Origin: Isurus oxyrinchus
Lineage: Eukaryota
Direction of reading: 5' to 3'
Assembly (NCBI GenBank): GCA_026770705.1
Contig: JANJGN010000036.1
Coordinates: 1,550,001-1,614,000, forward strand
DNA: 64,000 nt
The position numbers and the translations under genes were made by a program. Positions 38,397-52,269 of this stretch are shown one piece after another (within the stretch, counting starts at the first letter, position 1; the number at the start of each line of letters is the position of its first letter). Under the pieces are notes generated by a model, which saw only the letters and a list, made by a program, of their open reading frames with translations, did not search any database and was not told the DNA's origin.

Positions 38397-40349
38397 GAGA
38401 CTTTTGTTGGAGTTAGAGTTTCATTTATTCATGTTTCATGTAATTCCGCAGAAGATTCCATGTGGGCAAAATGTGCCTCTTTTTTACTGCAATGTAGTGA
38501 CTGTGGCAATGTCAGGTTTTGGCGAACAACCTGAGTGTTGAATGAAATCGGAAGCGAGTGAAATGAGTGTCCGACTTTGTGATTCGAAATATCCTGTCGA
38601 ATTGTCCCCAGTAACCTATGTGTAAATTCTCTCTGCTTGTAGGATGGGAATAAATTCCTTCTTTAGACAACGACCATGTACTGTTTGTGAACAGAAGCTC
38701 TGAATAAACATGAAATACAGCCATGAACTTAGAGTTCTCCATTATTATCCAACACTTAAAGGGACATTGAGAGGACCAATACAAAATAATGGCAGCTCAG
38801 GCAATAATACATAGAATTATATAAAAGAGAAATAGGGAAGTATGTGTCTATTCGTCCGCCTCAACCTCTCCCTGGGGAGCTAATTCCACATTCTAACCCA
38901 CTCTCTGGTTTAATAAGTTTCTCCTGAATTCCCCATTAGATTTATTAATTTTAAAGACATGTCTCCTGGTTTTGGACGTCCCCCTTATCAAGAGAGTATT
39001 TTCTCTCTATTTATCCCTTTAATTGTTCCCAAATGCTCAAAATCCCTGTCATATCCTCCCTTAATAATCCCCAGATCAGTGAAGCCAAACTATCCAACTC
39101 CCCCTCGTAATTTAAACCATGGACTCCCAGTAACACGATGGTTAATCTGCGCTGCGCCCCTTCCAATTGATACTTTATGTAATGAGTTGTCGGGAACTAT
39201 ACACAATCTTTCCGATCATGAAGGTTTTAAGAGGGGCGGGGGAAAGGAAGACCAGGTAACCAGGGACCTCTCAGTGTATCGCCAATTGTGGGGGAGCTTT
39301 TAGAATCTGTCATTAAGGATAGGGTGGATGGAGTCTTCAGCAATGTGAACTGAGCAGTGGACGCCAGTACTGTTTGTTAAACGGAAATCCTGTTTGTTTG
39401 ATGTGATTGTAATTCTGAAGGAGATCACTGATCAGACAATGGGATTTCCATGGAAGTTTCTCCTCACTGTCCGTCCGTCCATAAGTCTTTCTCTCTGTCA
39501 CTGTAGTTCTCTCTTTCTCTCCCCCCTCACCCCATGCCTCACATTCACCCCCTTGTCTCTCCCTCTCCATTTCTAACTCAATATCTCCTTCCCTCTCTGT
39601 GTACCTCTCCCCTTCTCTCTCTCTATCACTCTTTCTCTCTCTCTCTCTCTGACAAGTTGCGAAAATGTGCAGTAAATACAATTAAAGCAGATTTAGAATA
39701 TTGTTTCACAATTGTTATTCCCGCACATCAAAAATGAGGTGAGAGAAAAATTTTAAAGATCAGACAAAGAAATGGTGAGAGAGATACAGCCCGAGAGGGT
39801 GAGCGAGAGACAGAGAGCTAGTGATGGAAGGATACTTGGATTTTCAAGAAGGATTCCATAAGGTGCCTGACGAAAGGTTGTTAAACAGGAAAAGGGCTCA
39901 TACTGTGACAACTTGGTCAAATCAGCCCTGATGCTGCTAAATTTCAGGGAATACAACCCGAGACTGTGCAATCTCACTTGGTCGTTTTAACCTTGGAATC
40001 CAGGTCTCATTCTGGCAAAGCAGCGTTGCACTCAAAATTTCTACACTGTCCGTGGAGTGTCGGATTAACCAGGATCATTCACTTTCACCCGGACCAGGCT
40101 CAAGACTCACCTGTCTCACTCTGTGAGACGCTCCTGTATCACTTGCCTTATTGTAGTCGGAGGTCGTATTTGGGAGAAGAGCAGGTACAAGCGATTTGAA
40201 TGACTGCTCATGTGGAGGATAAGCACCATGCATCTATCAAAGAATCAGAACAAACCAGGAAGAATCAAACAAGAAAACTCGTGTTCAATTTGTGAGCCCT
40301 GCATTGTGGAATGCTTTTGTTTTGGGTGAGAATGTTGCCATCAAGTACC

Positions 40350-40870
40350 CCCAGAGATGGTGCAGCACGAGGTTTAATATAGAGTAAATCACCATTTGCA
40401 CTGTCCCCATCATCAATCCCAGGACAGGTATAGCACGGGATTAGATATAGAGTAAAGCTCCCTTTACACTTACCCCATCAAACACTCCCAGGTCAGGAAC
40501 AGCACGGGGTTAGATACAGAGTAAAGTTCCCTCTACACTGTACCCATCCAATTATCCCAGGACAGGTAAAGCACGTGGTTAGATACAGAGTAAATCTCCT
40601 TCTACACTGTCCCATCAAAGATTTCCCGAGCAGGAGCATCACACGGTGAGTTACAGACTTAATTTCCCCTAACAACCTCATCTCAAAAACTTCCAGGATA
40701 GGGATAGTACAGAGTAAAGCTCTCCCTGCAATCTCCCATTTAAACATGCCAAGGTCAGGTACAGCACACGTAAGAAACAGAGAAAAGCTTTCCCTTCACT
40801 GTCACATTAATGCACAGGAACAGCACAGGGTTATACAGAGGTCAAGCTCCCTCTACACTTTCCCATAAAT
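40350..40870. repeat. About 65-70-bp satellite (ctctacactgtccccatcaaacactcccaggacaggtacagcacggggttagatacagagtaaagctcc)
   Basis: Tandem copies; further arrays at about 41990-42510, 45550-46640, 47185-47300, 49975-50150, 56840-57050 and 60720-60950. Confidence 0.9.
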
Positions 40871-42645
40871 TGGTCTAGAATATTAAAGAAGTCTTGGTTT
40901 GAAGACACAGGAATTTGGTTTAAAAATGACCACATGAAACAACTTAAAATGGCGAAATGATGTATGCAGTGGCAGACGGGAGTGAATCATTCCATCCAAG
41001 AGATTTTCTTTCGTTTCAAATTCAGTTTTACAACCTTAAAGAAAACAGTATTTTAATTTACAACAGCCGAATGTGGGTCTTCATAAATTCGTGCTTTCAG
41101 GGTCAGTCCTGTTTTCCAGATTTGAACACATTGTGAACAAGACTCACACCTTCAATTCAGTGGTTAGCTGCCATTTTACCTTTTGTATTTTATAATCTCT
41201 TTGCTTCCTTCATGTGTCTGAAGAATTGGTATTTAGCCAGACAGTGTGGAAGCTTTTAATTGTCTTGGGGCACTTACTGTAAACAGTTTATCGCAACGGG
41301 ACATCATTGAATTTGCTGATAAATAAACCAAAAACCGGCATGATCAGTCAAAAACCCCATCTCCACTTTCTGCAAAGATAACTCACATTTCCACAATGCA
41401 GAAATTCCTGAAGGAAAAATGTTTTTGATAGATTACCCTCATGCAATCGCTAACAGCTTTCAGGATGAACTTTGCAGGACAACCGCCCAACATTAAATCG
41501 GAAAGACATTGAAAGCAACACCGAAATGAAACTGCAGCATTCTCTGCTCTATGCACTCACTTTAACATCGGACAATTTATTTCATATTGCCTCTCCTCAG
41601 TCTAACATTCAAAATGGTTCACGACATGTATCACAATATTCATTTTATCCTTCTATGAGTTTATCCATTTCACCAGAGTGACTATATCCTCCTGAATACT
41701 GCTACTATTCTCTTTACTGTTCAATACATTGTCACTTTGGGAGACATCTGCAAACTGTGAAGTGATGCCCTATGAACACAGGACCAGTTTATTTTTATAT
41801 AACAGAAAAAACAGTGCCTTTGATATGAACCACTGTGGAATAGGACGCCGGACCTCCACCAAATCTGAAACAATCGTTATCGACTACAGTATGTTCTAAC
41901 TCTGAGACAATGTCACATAAATTCTGCCATCGCCCCTTTAATAACTTTTCAAATATGAGACATTATCTCCTCCACAGACCTCTCATTTTCCACTGTCCCA
42001 TCAAAATTCCCTGCACAGGAATAGCACAGGTTCGATACAGAGGAAAGCTCTGTCAGTCCAAACTGTCCTGTGAAACTGTCCCAGGACAGATAGAGCATGA
42101 GATTAGATACAGAGTAAATCTCTATCTAAACTGTCCCCATCCAGCACTCTCAGGAGATCTACAGTATGGGTTTAGTTACAGAGTTAACCTCTCTGGATAA
42201 AACACTCACATGGCATGTGCAGCACAGTGTTAGATACAGAATGAAACTCCATCTACACTCTCCACTTAAACACCTCCAGGGATGTTATAGCATGGGATTA
42301 CATACATGTAAAATTGCCACTAACCTGTGCACATCGAACACTCTCAGGCCAGGAACAGCAACGGGTTAGAAGCAGCATAAAGCTCTCTGAACTGTCCCCA
42401 TCAAACACTCCCAGGACATATACAGTAGAGCGATAGATGAGAGTAAATCTTACTCCACAGTCTCCCCATTAAACACTCACAGGACAGGGACAGCACGGGT
42501 TAAATACAGAATGCAGAGGGGAGGGGTGGGGGGATGAGGTTGTGTTTAATTTGAATTCTTTAGATGTCTTCACCATTTAGGGCAGGAATTCGTAGGGGAC
42601 TGGGAGATACGTCAGAAACACGACAGACACAGACAAACCGAGACA

Positions 42646-42689
<44 letters not shown>

Positions 42690-44447
42690 CACACACACAC
42701 ATAAACAGACACACTGACAGACGCACATACACACTCACAGACACACACACACACACATACTGTACAATGCACTCTGCCACCCATTCTCTGTCACCCTGAA
42801 AATATTTTCCCTTCATATTTAAATCCAATTTTGGATTAAAAGTGACAGGGAAAGGGAGGGGGTGAAAGAGAGAGAGAGACCGAGAGACAGGGCGAGAGAG
42901 AAGGACAGAGCGAGAATGGGGAGAGAGATGGGGTGAGAGGGAAACGGAGGCAGAAAGACGGGATGAGTGATGTATAGACAGAGAGGGACAGGGAGAAGTG
43001 GTGAGAGAGAAAGGCAGGCAAAGAGACAGGGTGAAGGAGAGAGATAAAGAGAGGTGATTAAGTGACAAAAGAGATGTGGTGAGAGAGAACGAGAGAGGGG
43101 GGAGTTTGACAGCTAAAGGAGTGAGGTGAGCTAGAGAAAGAGAAACATAATTAAGGGGTTAGGGTGGCAGAGAAATGGGGCAGGAGGGAGAGAGAGAGAA
43201 CGAATGAGACAGGACGAAAGAGAGAGACAGAGCAGGAGTGAGAGAGGGGAAGGGGCAAGAGGTAGCTAAAGACAGAGAGACATGCAAGAGAGAAAAAAGA
43301 GATGGGATTTGAGTGAAAGATTCGGCAAGAGGGATAGGTGCACACACAAACGGGGCAAGACAGAGAGAGAGGCAGGGCGAAAGAGAGAAAATGTGTTGGG
43401 ATGAGAGAGAAATAAACGGACAGTGAGAGAGAGAACATGGATGGCACGAGTGAGACAGGGAGAGAAGGGGTGAGAGAAGACAGAGATGTGCGGTGAGTAG
43501 TGAGAGAGAGAGTCATGGAGTCGAGAGGAGCTAGAAGATATAGTGAGAGAGGGAGAAAGAGAGAGAGAGGGGGGACGAAAGGGAGAAAGACCACCCTCAA
43601 CATTTAAAATGGAGGATGATCCCTGCTCCATCTTTAAAATGGAAGAGATCTCTTTTCAAAAATAAAATGAAGGGAGATCCCTTAACCAGGTTTGTTGAGG
43701 TCGATCCCTTCTACATCTTCAAAATGGAAGGAGATTCCTTTTCCATCTTTAAAATGCAGTGAAATCCCCACTTCACCTTTATGATGGAAGGGAATCCCTC
43801 CTCCGATGTAAAATGTTACCCTGCATGCTGAGTTTGACAACATTTACAGCATTTCCAAAGTCTAACACACATTGTTGCCTGTATTGTGTGAATGCAACTG
43901 TGAAGAGGTTTAAAATTTTAAAAATCAGGCAGGGAGATGCTGAGAGAGATACAGTCCGAGAGGGTGAGCGAGAAACAGAGAGATAGCGACTGAAGGATAC
44001 TTGGAGTTTCAAGATTGATTCCACAAGGTGCCTGACGAAAGGTTGTTACTCGGGAAAAGGGCTCATACTGTGACAGCTTGATCAAATCACCACTGATGCT
44101 GCTAAATTTCAGGGAATACAATCCGAGTTCATGCAATCTCACTTTGCAATTTTACCCTTGGAATCCAGGTTTCATTTTGACAAAGCTGCGATGCAATCAA
44201 GCTGTCTAAACTGTCCCTGGAGTGTCGGATTAACCCGGGACACTCACAAACACCCGGCTCAGACTCAAGACTCACCTGTCTCACTCACTGAGACGCTCCC
44301 ATATCACTTGACTTATTGTAGTCGGATGCCATGTTTGGGGGCAGGACAGGTACACCGGATTAGGACGGCTGCTCACGTAGACGATAAGCTCCAGGAATCT
44401 ATCAGAGAATCAGAACAGACCAGGGAGAATCAAACAAGTTAACTCAT

Positions 44448-44614
44448 AACAAAAACAAAAACAGAATTACCTGGAAAAACTCAGCAGGTCTGGCAGCATT
44501 GGCGGAGAAGAAAAGTGTTGACATTTCGAGTCCTCATGACCCTGCGACAGAACTTGAGTTCGATTCCAAGAAAGAGTTGAAATATAAGCTAGTCTAAGGT
44601 GTGTGGGTGGGGGG

Positions 44615-44649
<35 letters not shown>

Positions 44650-45488
44650 GGCGGGGGTGGGGGGGGGTTGGGTGTTGTTGTAGGGACATACAAGCAGTGA
44701 TAGAAGCAGATCATCAAAAGATGTCGACAACAATGGTACAAAAGAACACATAGGTGTTAAAGTTAAAGTTGGTGATATTATCTAAACGAATGTGCTAATT
44801 AAGAATGGATGGTAGGGCACTCAAGGTATAGCTCTAGTGGGGGTGTTTTTTTATTTTTTTTTTTAAATAATGGAAATAGGTGGGAAAAGGAAAATCTTTA
44901 TAATTTATTGGAAAAAAAGGAAGGGGCGAACAGAAAGGGGGTGGGGATGGGGGAGGGAGCTCACGACCTAAAGTTGTTGAATTCAATATTCAGTCTGGAA
45001 GGCTGTAAAGTGCCTAGCCGGAAGATGAGGTGTTGTTCCTCCAGTTTACGTTGGGCTTCACTGGAACAATGCAGCAAGCCAAGGACAAACATGTGGGCAA
45101 GAGAGCAGGGTGGAGTGTTAAAATGGCAAGCGACAGGGAGGTTTGGGTCATTCTTGTGGACAGACCGCAGGTGTTCTGCAAAGCAGTCGCCCAGTTTACG
45201 TTTGGTCTCTCCAATGTAGAGGAGACCACATTGGGAGCACCGAATGCAGTAGATTAAGTTGGGGGAAATGCAAGTGAAATGCAGCTTCACTTGAAAGGAG
45301 TGTTTGGGTCCTTGGACGGTGAGGAGAGAGGAAGTGAAGGGGCAGTTATTGCATCTTTTGCGTGGGCATGGGGTGGTGCCATAGGAGGGGGTTGAGGAGT
45401 AGGGGGTGATGGAGGAGTGGACCAGGGTGTCCCGGAGGAAGCGATCCCTACGGAATGCTGTAGGGGGGGCGGTGGTGGTGAAGGGAAG
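44448..45488 (-). mobile_element. 5'-truncated Penelope-like retroelement with GIY-YIG endonuclease C-terminus
   Basis: NLIYCIRCSQCGLLYIGETKRKL...EHLRSV...HFN...LGTLQP (44961-45290); 11-bp TSD agttaactcat at 44437 and 45489. Confidence 0.92.
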
Positions 45489-45549
45489 AGTTAACTCATG
45501 TTCGATTTGTGAACCATGCTTTGTGGAATGTTTTCGTGTTGGGTGAGTT

Positions 45550-46640
45550 TGTTGCCATCAAATACCCCCAGAGATGATACAGCACGAGGTTAAATATAGA
45601 GTAGATCTCTGTCTGCACTGTCCCATCAAACTTTCCCAGGACAGGTACAGCACGGGGTCAGATACAGAGTAAATCACCCTCTACACTGTCCCCATTAAAC
45701 ACTCCCAGGTTGGGTACAGCACAGGGCTAGATACTGAACAAAACTATCTCTATGCTGACCCATCAAACATTCAGAGGACAGGGACAGCACAAGGTTAAAT
45801 ACAGAGTAAAGCTCCCTCTAAACTATCCCCATCAAACACTCCCAGGTCAGGTACAGCACGAGGTTAAATACAGAGTTAACACCCTGTAAACTGTAACATC
45901 AAACACTCCCAGGACATGTCAGGTACAGCACGCTGTTGGATATGGAATAAAGCTCTCGCTACACTGTATATTCGAATACTCCCCTGGCTGATAAAGTCAA
46001 GGATTAGGGACATGTTAAAGTTCTCTTTTGATGCTTACTGATAATTAGTCCCTGGAGGTTTACAGCACATGGATATGTACAGAGAAAATCTCCCTCTACA
46101 CTGTCCCACCATTCACTCCCAGTGCAGGAACAGCACATGGTTAGTAACAAAATAAATTTCCCTTTACAATCTCCTTTCCAACACTTCGAGGAACGGGAAA
46201 GTACAGAGTAAAGCTCTCTCAACTATCTCCCATTCATATACGCCCAAGACACGTAAGAAACTGGGTAAACCTTATTCTTCACTGTCCCATCAGAGATTTG
46301 CAGTAGAGAAACAACACCAGTTTATAAAGAAGGTCCAGCTCCTTATACACTTTCCCTTCAATTACAGAGTAAATTTCCCTTCACAATCTCCTCTGAAACG
46401 CTTGCGGGACAGGGACAATAAAGACTAAGGCTCCTTCTACATTGTCCCTATCAAAAACCCCCAGGAAAGGTACAGTACAGAATAAAGCGCCATCTACAAT
46501 CTCCCATTCAAACATGCCCACGACAGGTGCAGCACATCAAAGAAACAGAGTAAACCTTCCTCTTCACTTTCCATCACACACTTGCAGAAGAGGTACAATA
46601 CAGGGTTATACTGAGCCCCAAACTCCCTTTATACTGTTCC
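45550..46640. repeat. About 65-70-bp satellite array
   Basis: Same unit as 40350-40870. Confidence 0.9.
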
Positions 46641-46890
46641 AGCAATTGGTGTACAATATTAAGGAAGACTTGCTGTGGTAAAACAGAATTTTGGAGTGAA
46701 AATGGCCACCATAAACCAACTCAAAATGGCCAAATCATGTATGTGAAGGCTTCCAGAGTGCCGGAGAGAGCAACAGTGACACACTCACACACGCAGACAA
46801 ACACACACACACAGACACACATTGACACAACCACAGATGCACACAGAAAGAGGTACACGCATACATAGGCACACACAGAATGAAACAGAT

Positions 46891-47045
46891 NNNNNNNNNN
46901 NNNNNNNNNNNNNNNNNNNNNNNNNNNNNNNNNNNNNNNNNNNNNNNNNNNNNNNNNNNNNNNNNNNNNNNNNNNNNNNNNNNNNNNNNNNNNNNNNNNN
47001 NNNNNNNNNNNNNNNNNNNNNNNNNNNNNNNNNNNNNNNNNNNNN
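46891..47045. other. Assembly gap (155 N)
   Basis: Run of N. Confidence 1.
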
Positions 47046-47299
47046 GAGGAATAGAGGCACATTTGGATTTATGAAAGGCATCAGATCAGGTCGGTCATAG
47101 ATTTGAAAATTTAAAAGTGACTCAGCATCAACTACAATTGGTGAGGACAGTTCCAACTACCCACAATCCTTTGTGTGTAGAAGTTATTCCCTCTACACTG
47201 TCCCCATCAAACACTCCTAGGACAGGTACAGCACGGGGTTAGATATAGAGTAAATCTCCCTCTACATTGTCCCCATCAAACACTCCCAGGACAGGTGCA

Positions 47300-47750
47300 G
47301 CTAGATGGGGTCTGGTTGGATTATATGTACAACAACGGACACCCGGGAGAGAGTTACAGACTGGAATCTAATCAAAGGGTTCGGGTGTTTTATATATAGA
47401 ATAACAGATACCCGGGAGTGAGTTACAGGCTGAAATCTAATCGAGGGGTTCGGGGTGGTTTATATTTAGAAAAACAGATACCCCGGACTGAGTTACTGAC
47501 TGGAATCTAATCGAGCGGTTCGGGGTAGTTTGTATATAGAATAACAGATACCCGGGAGTGAGTTACAGACTGGAATCTAATCGAAGCTATCGGTGGTGTT
47601 TACATATAGAATGGAAGATATCCGGTAGTGAGTTACAGATGGGAACCTAGTCGAGAGCTTTGAGGGGTTTATCTATCAAATAACAGATGCCCGGGAGTGA
47701 GTTACAGCGTGGAATCTAATCGAGGGATTCGGTGGTGTTTGTATATAGAA
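47300..47750. repeat. About 70-bp satellite (acagatacccgggagtgagttacagactggaatctaatcgaggggttcggggtggtttatatatagaata)
   Basis: About 6 tandem copies. Confidence 0.92.
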
Positions 47751-48431
47751 TGATTGGTTCAAATCACGAACCATTGAAAATATCATTTTTCTTGTGATGT
47801 GCTGAAATGCAGGTTACAGAGGCTGATTCATAGAATGTGTAGTGTGAGTTGTGAACCAGTTTTACCCCATCGATCACATTTAGTTTCTCATTGTAACGAT
47901 TTGAAGTTTTCTTTGTCTTGGCACAAATGGGCAGGGTCTCCCAAGTCTCTTAGATCCTCACTGTTGCCAGCATTTCATCATTTATAATATAATCTGTTCC
48001 ATCTTTTTTAATGTGAGGGGCCACACATTTGTTTACAATGAAATCCATCTTTCTCTATTTCAGACATTCACTTAAGGTGTTCATATCGCTTTGGACTTTT
48101 AAGCTTCCAGCTACAATGCTGACAATGCTGCCTCTTTTCGTGTCGTTAGCAAACTTGCGACATTCTATCGCACGTTCTTAAATTGTTAATAAAAACAGAG
48201 AAACTGAGACACTCACACTGGATTGCAGCAGCAGACAGAATGTGAATCATTCAATCCCGGAGGTTTCTAACTCCAGATTCAATTTTACAAAATTCACAAC
48301 AGCTAAGTGCGGGATTGGAACCTACTGCTTTCTGAATCATTAGCCAACCTTCACAGATTAATACATCAAAACTGGCATTCTGAAACAAGGAGAGGGCCCC
48401 ACAACTTCAATTCTGTGATTCCGTGGCATGT

Positions 48432-49518
48432 CATAAGATCATAAGACCATAAAACAAGAGAGCAGAAATTAGGTCATTCGGCCCATCGAGTCTGCTCCGC
48501 CATTCAATCATGGCTGATAGGTTTCTCAACCCCATTCTCCCCCCTTCACCCCGTAACCTTTGATCCTCTTACCACTCAAGAACCTATCTATCTCGGTCTT
48601 AAATACACTCAATGACTTGGCCTCCACAGCCTTCTGTGGCAATGAATTCCATAGATTCACCACTCTCTGGCTAAAGAAGTTTCTCCTCATCTCTGTTCTA
48701 AAAGGTCTTCGCTTTACTCTAAGGCTGTGCCCTCGGGTCTTAGTCTTCGATTAATGGAAACATCTGGCCCACGTCCACTCTATCCAGGCCCATCAGTATT
48801 CTGTAACTTTCAATCAAATCCCCCCCCCCTCATCCTTCTAAACTCCAAATAGTCTAGACCCAGAGTCCTCAAACGTTCCTCATATGTTAAGCCTTTCATT
48901 CCTGGGATCGTTCTCGTGAGCCTCCTCTGGACCCTCTCCAGGGCCAGAACATCCTTCCTGAGATACGAGGCCCAAAATTGTTCACAATATTCTAAATGCC
49001 ATCTGATCAGAGCCTTATAACCCTCAGCAGTATATCCCTGCTTTCATATTCAATCCTCTCGAAATAAATGCCAACATTGCATTTGCCTTCCTAACTACCG
49101 ACTCAACCTGCAAGGTAACTCTAAGAGAATCCTGGACTAGGACTCCCAAGTCCCTTTGCACTCCAGATTTCTGAATTATCTCCCCATTTAGAAAATAGTC
49201 TATGTGTCTATTCTTCCTACTGAAGTGCATGACCTTAATCTTCCCCACGTTGTATGCCATCTGCCACTTCTTTGCACATTCTCCTAACCTGTCCAAATCC
49301 TTCTGCAACCTCTCAGACTCCTCAATACTACGTGTCCCTCCACCTATGTTTGTATCATCTGCAAATTTAGCCAGAATGTCCTCTGTTCCTTCGGCTAGAT
49401 CAATAAAGTATAAAGTGAAAAGTTGTGGCCCCAACGCTGACCCCTGCTGAACTCCACTGCAGAACCGGCCTCCAGCCTGAGAATGTCCCTCTTCTCTCCA
49501 CTCTCTGCCTCCTGCCAG
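48432..49518 (-). mobile_element. 5'-truncated CR1 LINE, same subfamily as 1843-3477
   Basis: GPQLFTLY...KFADDT...; closely similar 3' end; absent from the paralogous segment at about 55565. Confidence 0.92.
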
Positions 49519-52269
49519 ACATGACTTGTATCTTAAAATATCTCTGCCCCCTTCATGTGTGAAGACTTGGGAAGTGATGCGGACATTGGGAAACCATTTA
49601 ATTCTCTCAGGACATTTCCTTTGAACAGCTTCTGAAGTATTTCATGGTCCCGAGGCAGTTACAGCAAACGGTTCCTGCAAAGAACATCATTGAAATTTGC
49701 TCATTAGTCAACCAAAACCTGATTTTCCATACAGACTCCCTGGCGCTACATCCTATTGCTTCAAAGATAACTCACATTTCACAATGTAGGAAAGTGTGAA
49801 TGCAAAAATTTTCTTCACACGTTTCCATAATACTAAGGCTCACAATTTTCTGGGTGAAATTTTCAAGAACACATTCATCAAATGACAGATATCCAGCTCC
49901 AAATGGAAGCTTCAAGGTACAGAAAGTGGCACAGAAATGAAACCTCCGATTTAGGTGTTTCTGCATCCGATATTGGACAGCTTGGATTTAGATACGGAGT
50001 AAAGCTCCCTCTACACCCTCCCCATCAAATACTCCCAGGATAACTACAGCACGAGGTTAGATACAGAGTAAAGCTCCAACTAAACTGTCCCCATCAAACA
50101 CTCCCAGGACAGTTACAGCACCGGATTAGATACAGAGTAGAGTTCCCTTAACACTTGAGTTATAAAATTAAAAAGCGTCATTCTCCTTTGAATTAGAGTT
50201 GAAATTAAAAAACAGTGATCAAATTAAAAGTTCATCAGCTGGAGAAAAGGTGACAGCTCCGAATATTTTTCTTCATGCCTCGTTATAAAAACCATTATCC
50301 TTTGACATATCCTTTCCCCATCTTTTAAATGGAGGGAGATCTCTTCTCCATCTTTACCACTGTTATCCAATCTCTTCATTTCCATGATTGTCTTGAAGCG
50401 TTTGAGCAAATCACCCCTTAACCACAATTCCAGCGTTTTAGAGTGAAGCTTTGACTACACTGTTTATCAAACACTCCCAATCCAATTACAGTATGGGGTT
50501 TGATACAGAGTCAAATTCAAAAAGTGTGCTTCAAGGATAACGGGGGATACACAGGCTGAAGGTTTTGGGAAAGGGATGAAAGTGGGGATGTGATGGAGAC
50601 CTTTTTAAATCTGCGAGTGTTAATGACCCGGAACCCGTGGACAATGCGTTGTTTCGGGGATGAATGTTTGATCAGTGTCTCCATAGCTGTGTCTCTGTCA
50701 CATTGAAAGAACGATCGTCACATTTGTGAGGAACGAGCTCTGTGATAAATGTCCCAGCGCTGTGGGAACATAAAATGCTCACGGTGAACAAACCTAAAAT
50801 GGCTGCCTGGTCCTTGCGGATTTTTCTTACGGAATCGGAGAGAGAGAGAGAGAGAGAAAGAGAAGAAGCAGAGTGAGGGAATATTAAAGAGAGAGAGACA
50901 CAGAGCGAGAGGGGATGAAGAGGCAGACGGTGAATGAATGATTGAATTGGTCACGGCACTGGGACATTTATGACTGAGTTGATTTATGGCAAACTTGCGG
51001 CATTCTATCCAGTTATCTTAAACGGTTACAAAACAGAGAAACTGAGACACACACATGGGCTTTTCAGCAGCAGACATAATGTGAATCATTTCGTCCCGGA
51101 GGTTTTTATTTACAAAGTTAGTTTTAGATAATTCAAGACTCAAATTCACAACAGCAATGTGTGGGACTGAACGCCCGGGTCCTTCAATATTCCAGGGAAT
51201 ACACAATGAATTTAGATCCCCATATTTGTCTCTCTGTCACGTCTAAAGTGTTAATGTTATATCATTGAGGGGTCACTCTGTCATTAATGTCCCAATGCCG
51301 TGGGAACATAAAATGGTCACTGTGAACAAACCTAAAATGGCTGCCTGATGTACATGTAACTCATATAGATTCTCAGAGGAAGAGAGGGAGGGAAAGAATG
51401 CACAGATCGCGTGAATGGGAAATAGAGACTCTCAGACCGAGTGGGGGACCGAGTGCCAGAAAGTGAAGAAATGATATTGGTCATAGCGCATGGAAAGAAA
51501 GAGAGGCAAATTAACCCTTCAACCCTGTTCTGGCATTCAATAAGATCCTGGCTGACCTGTGATCTAAACCATTTGTTTCATTTCTCTGCACCCTGTTAGG
51601 TAACATAAACCGATGAACGTCAGATTCATGCATGAACAAGTGGCTGAGCATCAATTTCCATTCATGTGAGAGAGTTCCAAACTAATAACACATTTGTTTT
51701 TTTTTAAAGTTTTTATTAGCTTCTCTCCTGAAATTCTTAATTTCTAAACATCGTTGAAAAACCATTGCTCCAAAGCCGAGACTCCCCAAACTGGCGGAAA
51801 TATTTACTTTTTACCAACCCTGTGCTTCCATTGTAATCCTGAAATATTTCATCAAATCACCCCTCACCTAAATTCCAGTGTAAAGCTTCATCCACACTGT
51901 ACAACAAACACACCCAACACAAATACATTATGGATTATGGGGTTCGATAGAGAGAACATTCCCTCTGCTCTGTCCCATCAGACGGGCCCAGGGAAGGGGC
52001 AGCACAGGGAGAGATCCCAAGCAAAGATAGGGCCTATTGCGTCATAAACAGAAAAATGGCCGTGTGCAGTCCAAGCAGAGGCCGGTGAAGTGTAGCATTC
52101 GCAGAGACATGGCCGAGTGTTATATCAACCTAGAGATTGTCTAGTGTAGTAAAAACAGAGACATGGTCTAGTACAGTCAGAATAGGACCAGGTTGTTCCT
52201 CAGAAACCATTGAAGGCAAGGACAAAATCAATTGTGTGAGGCATTTCTCATGAATCCTGATTTTATGAG

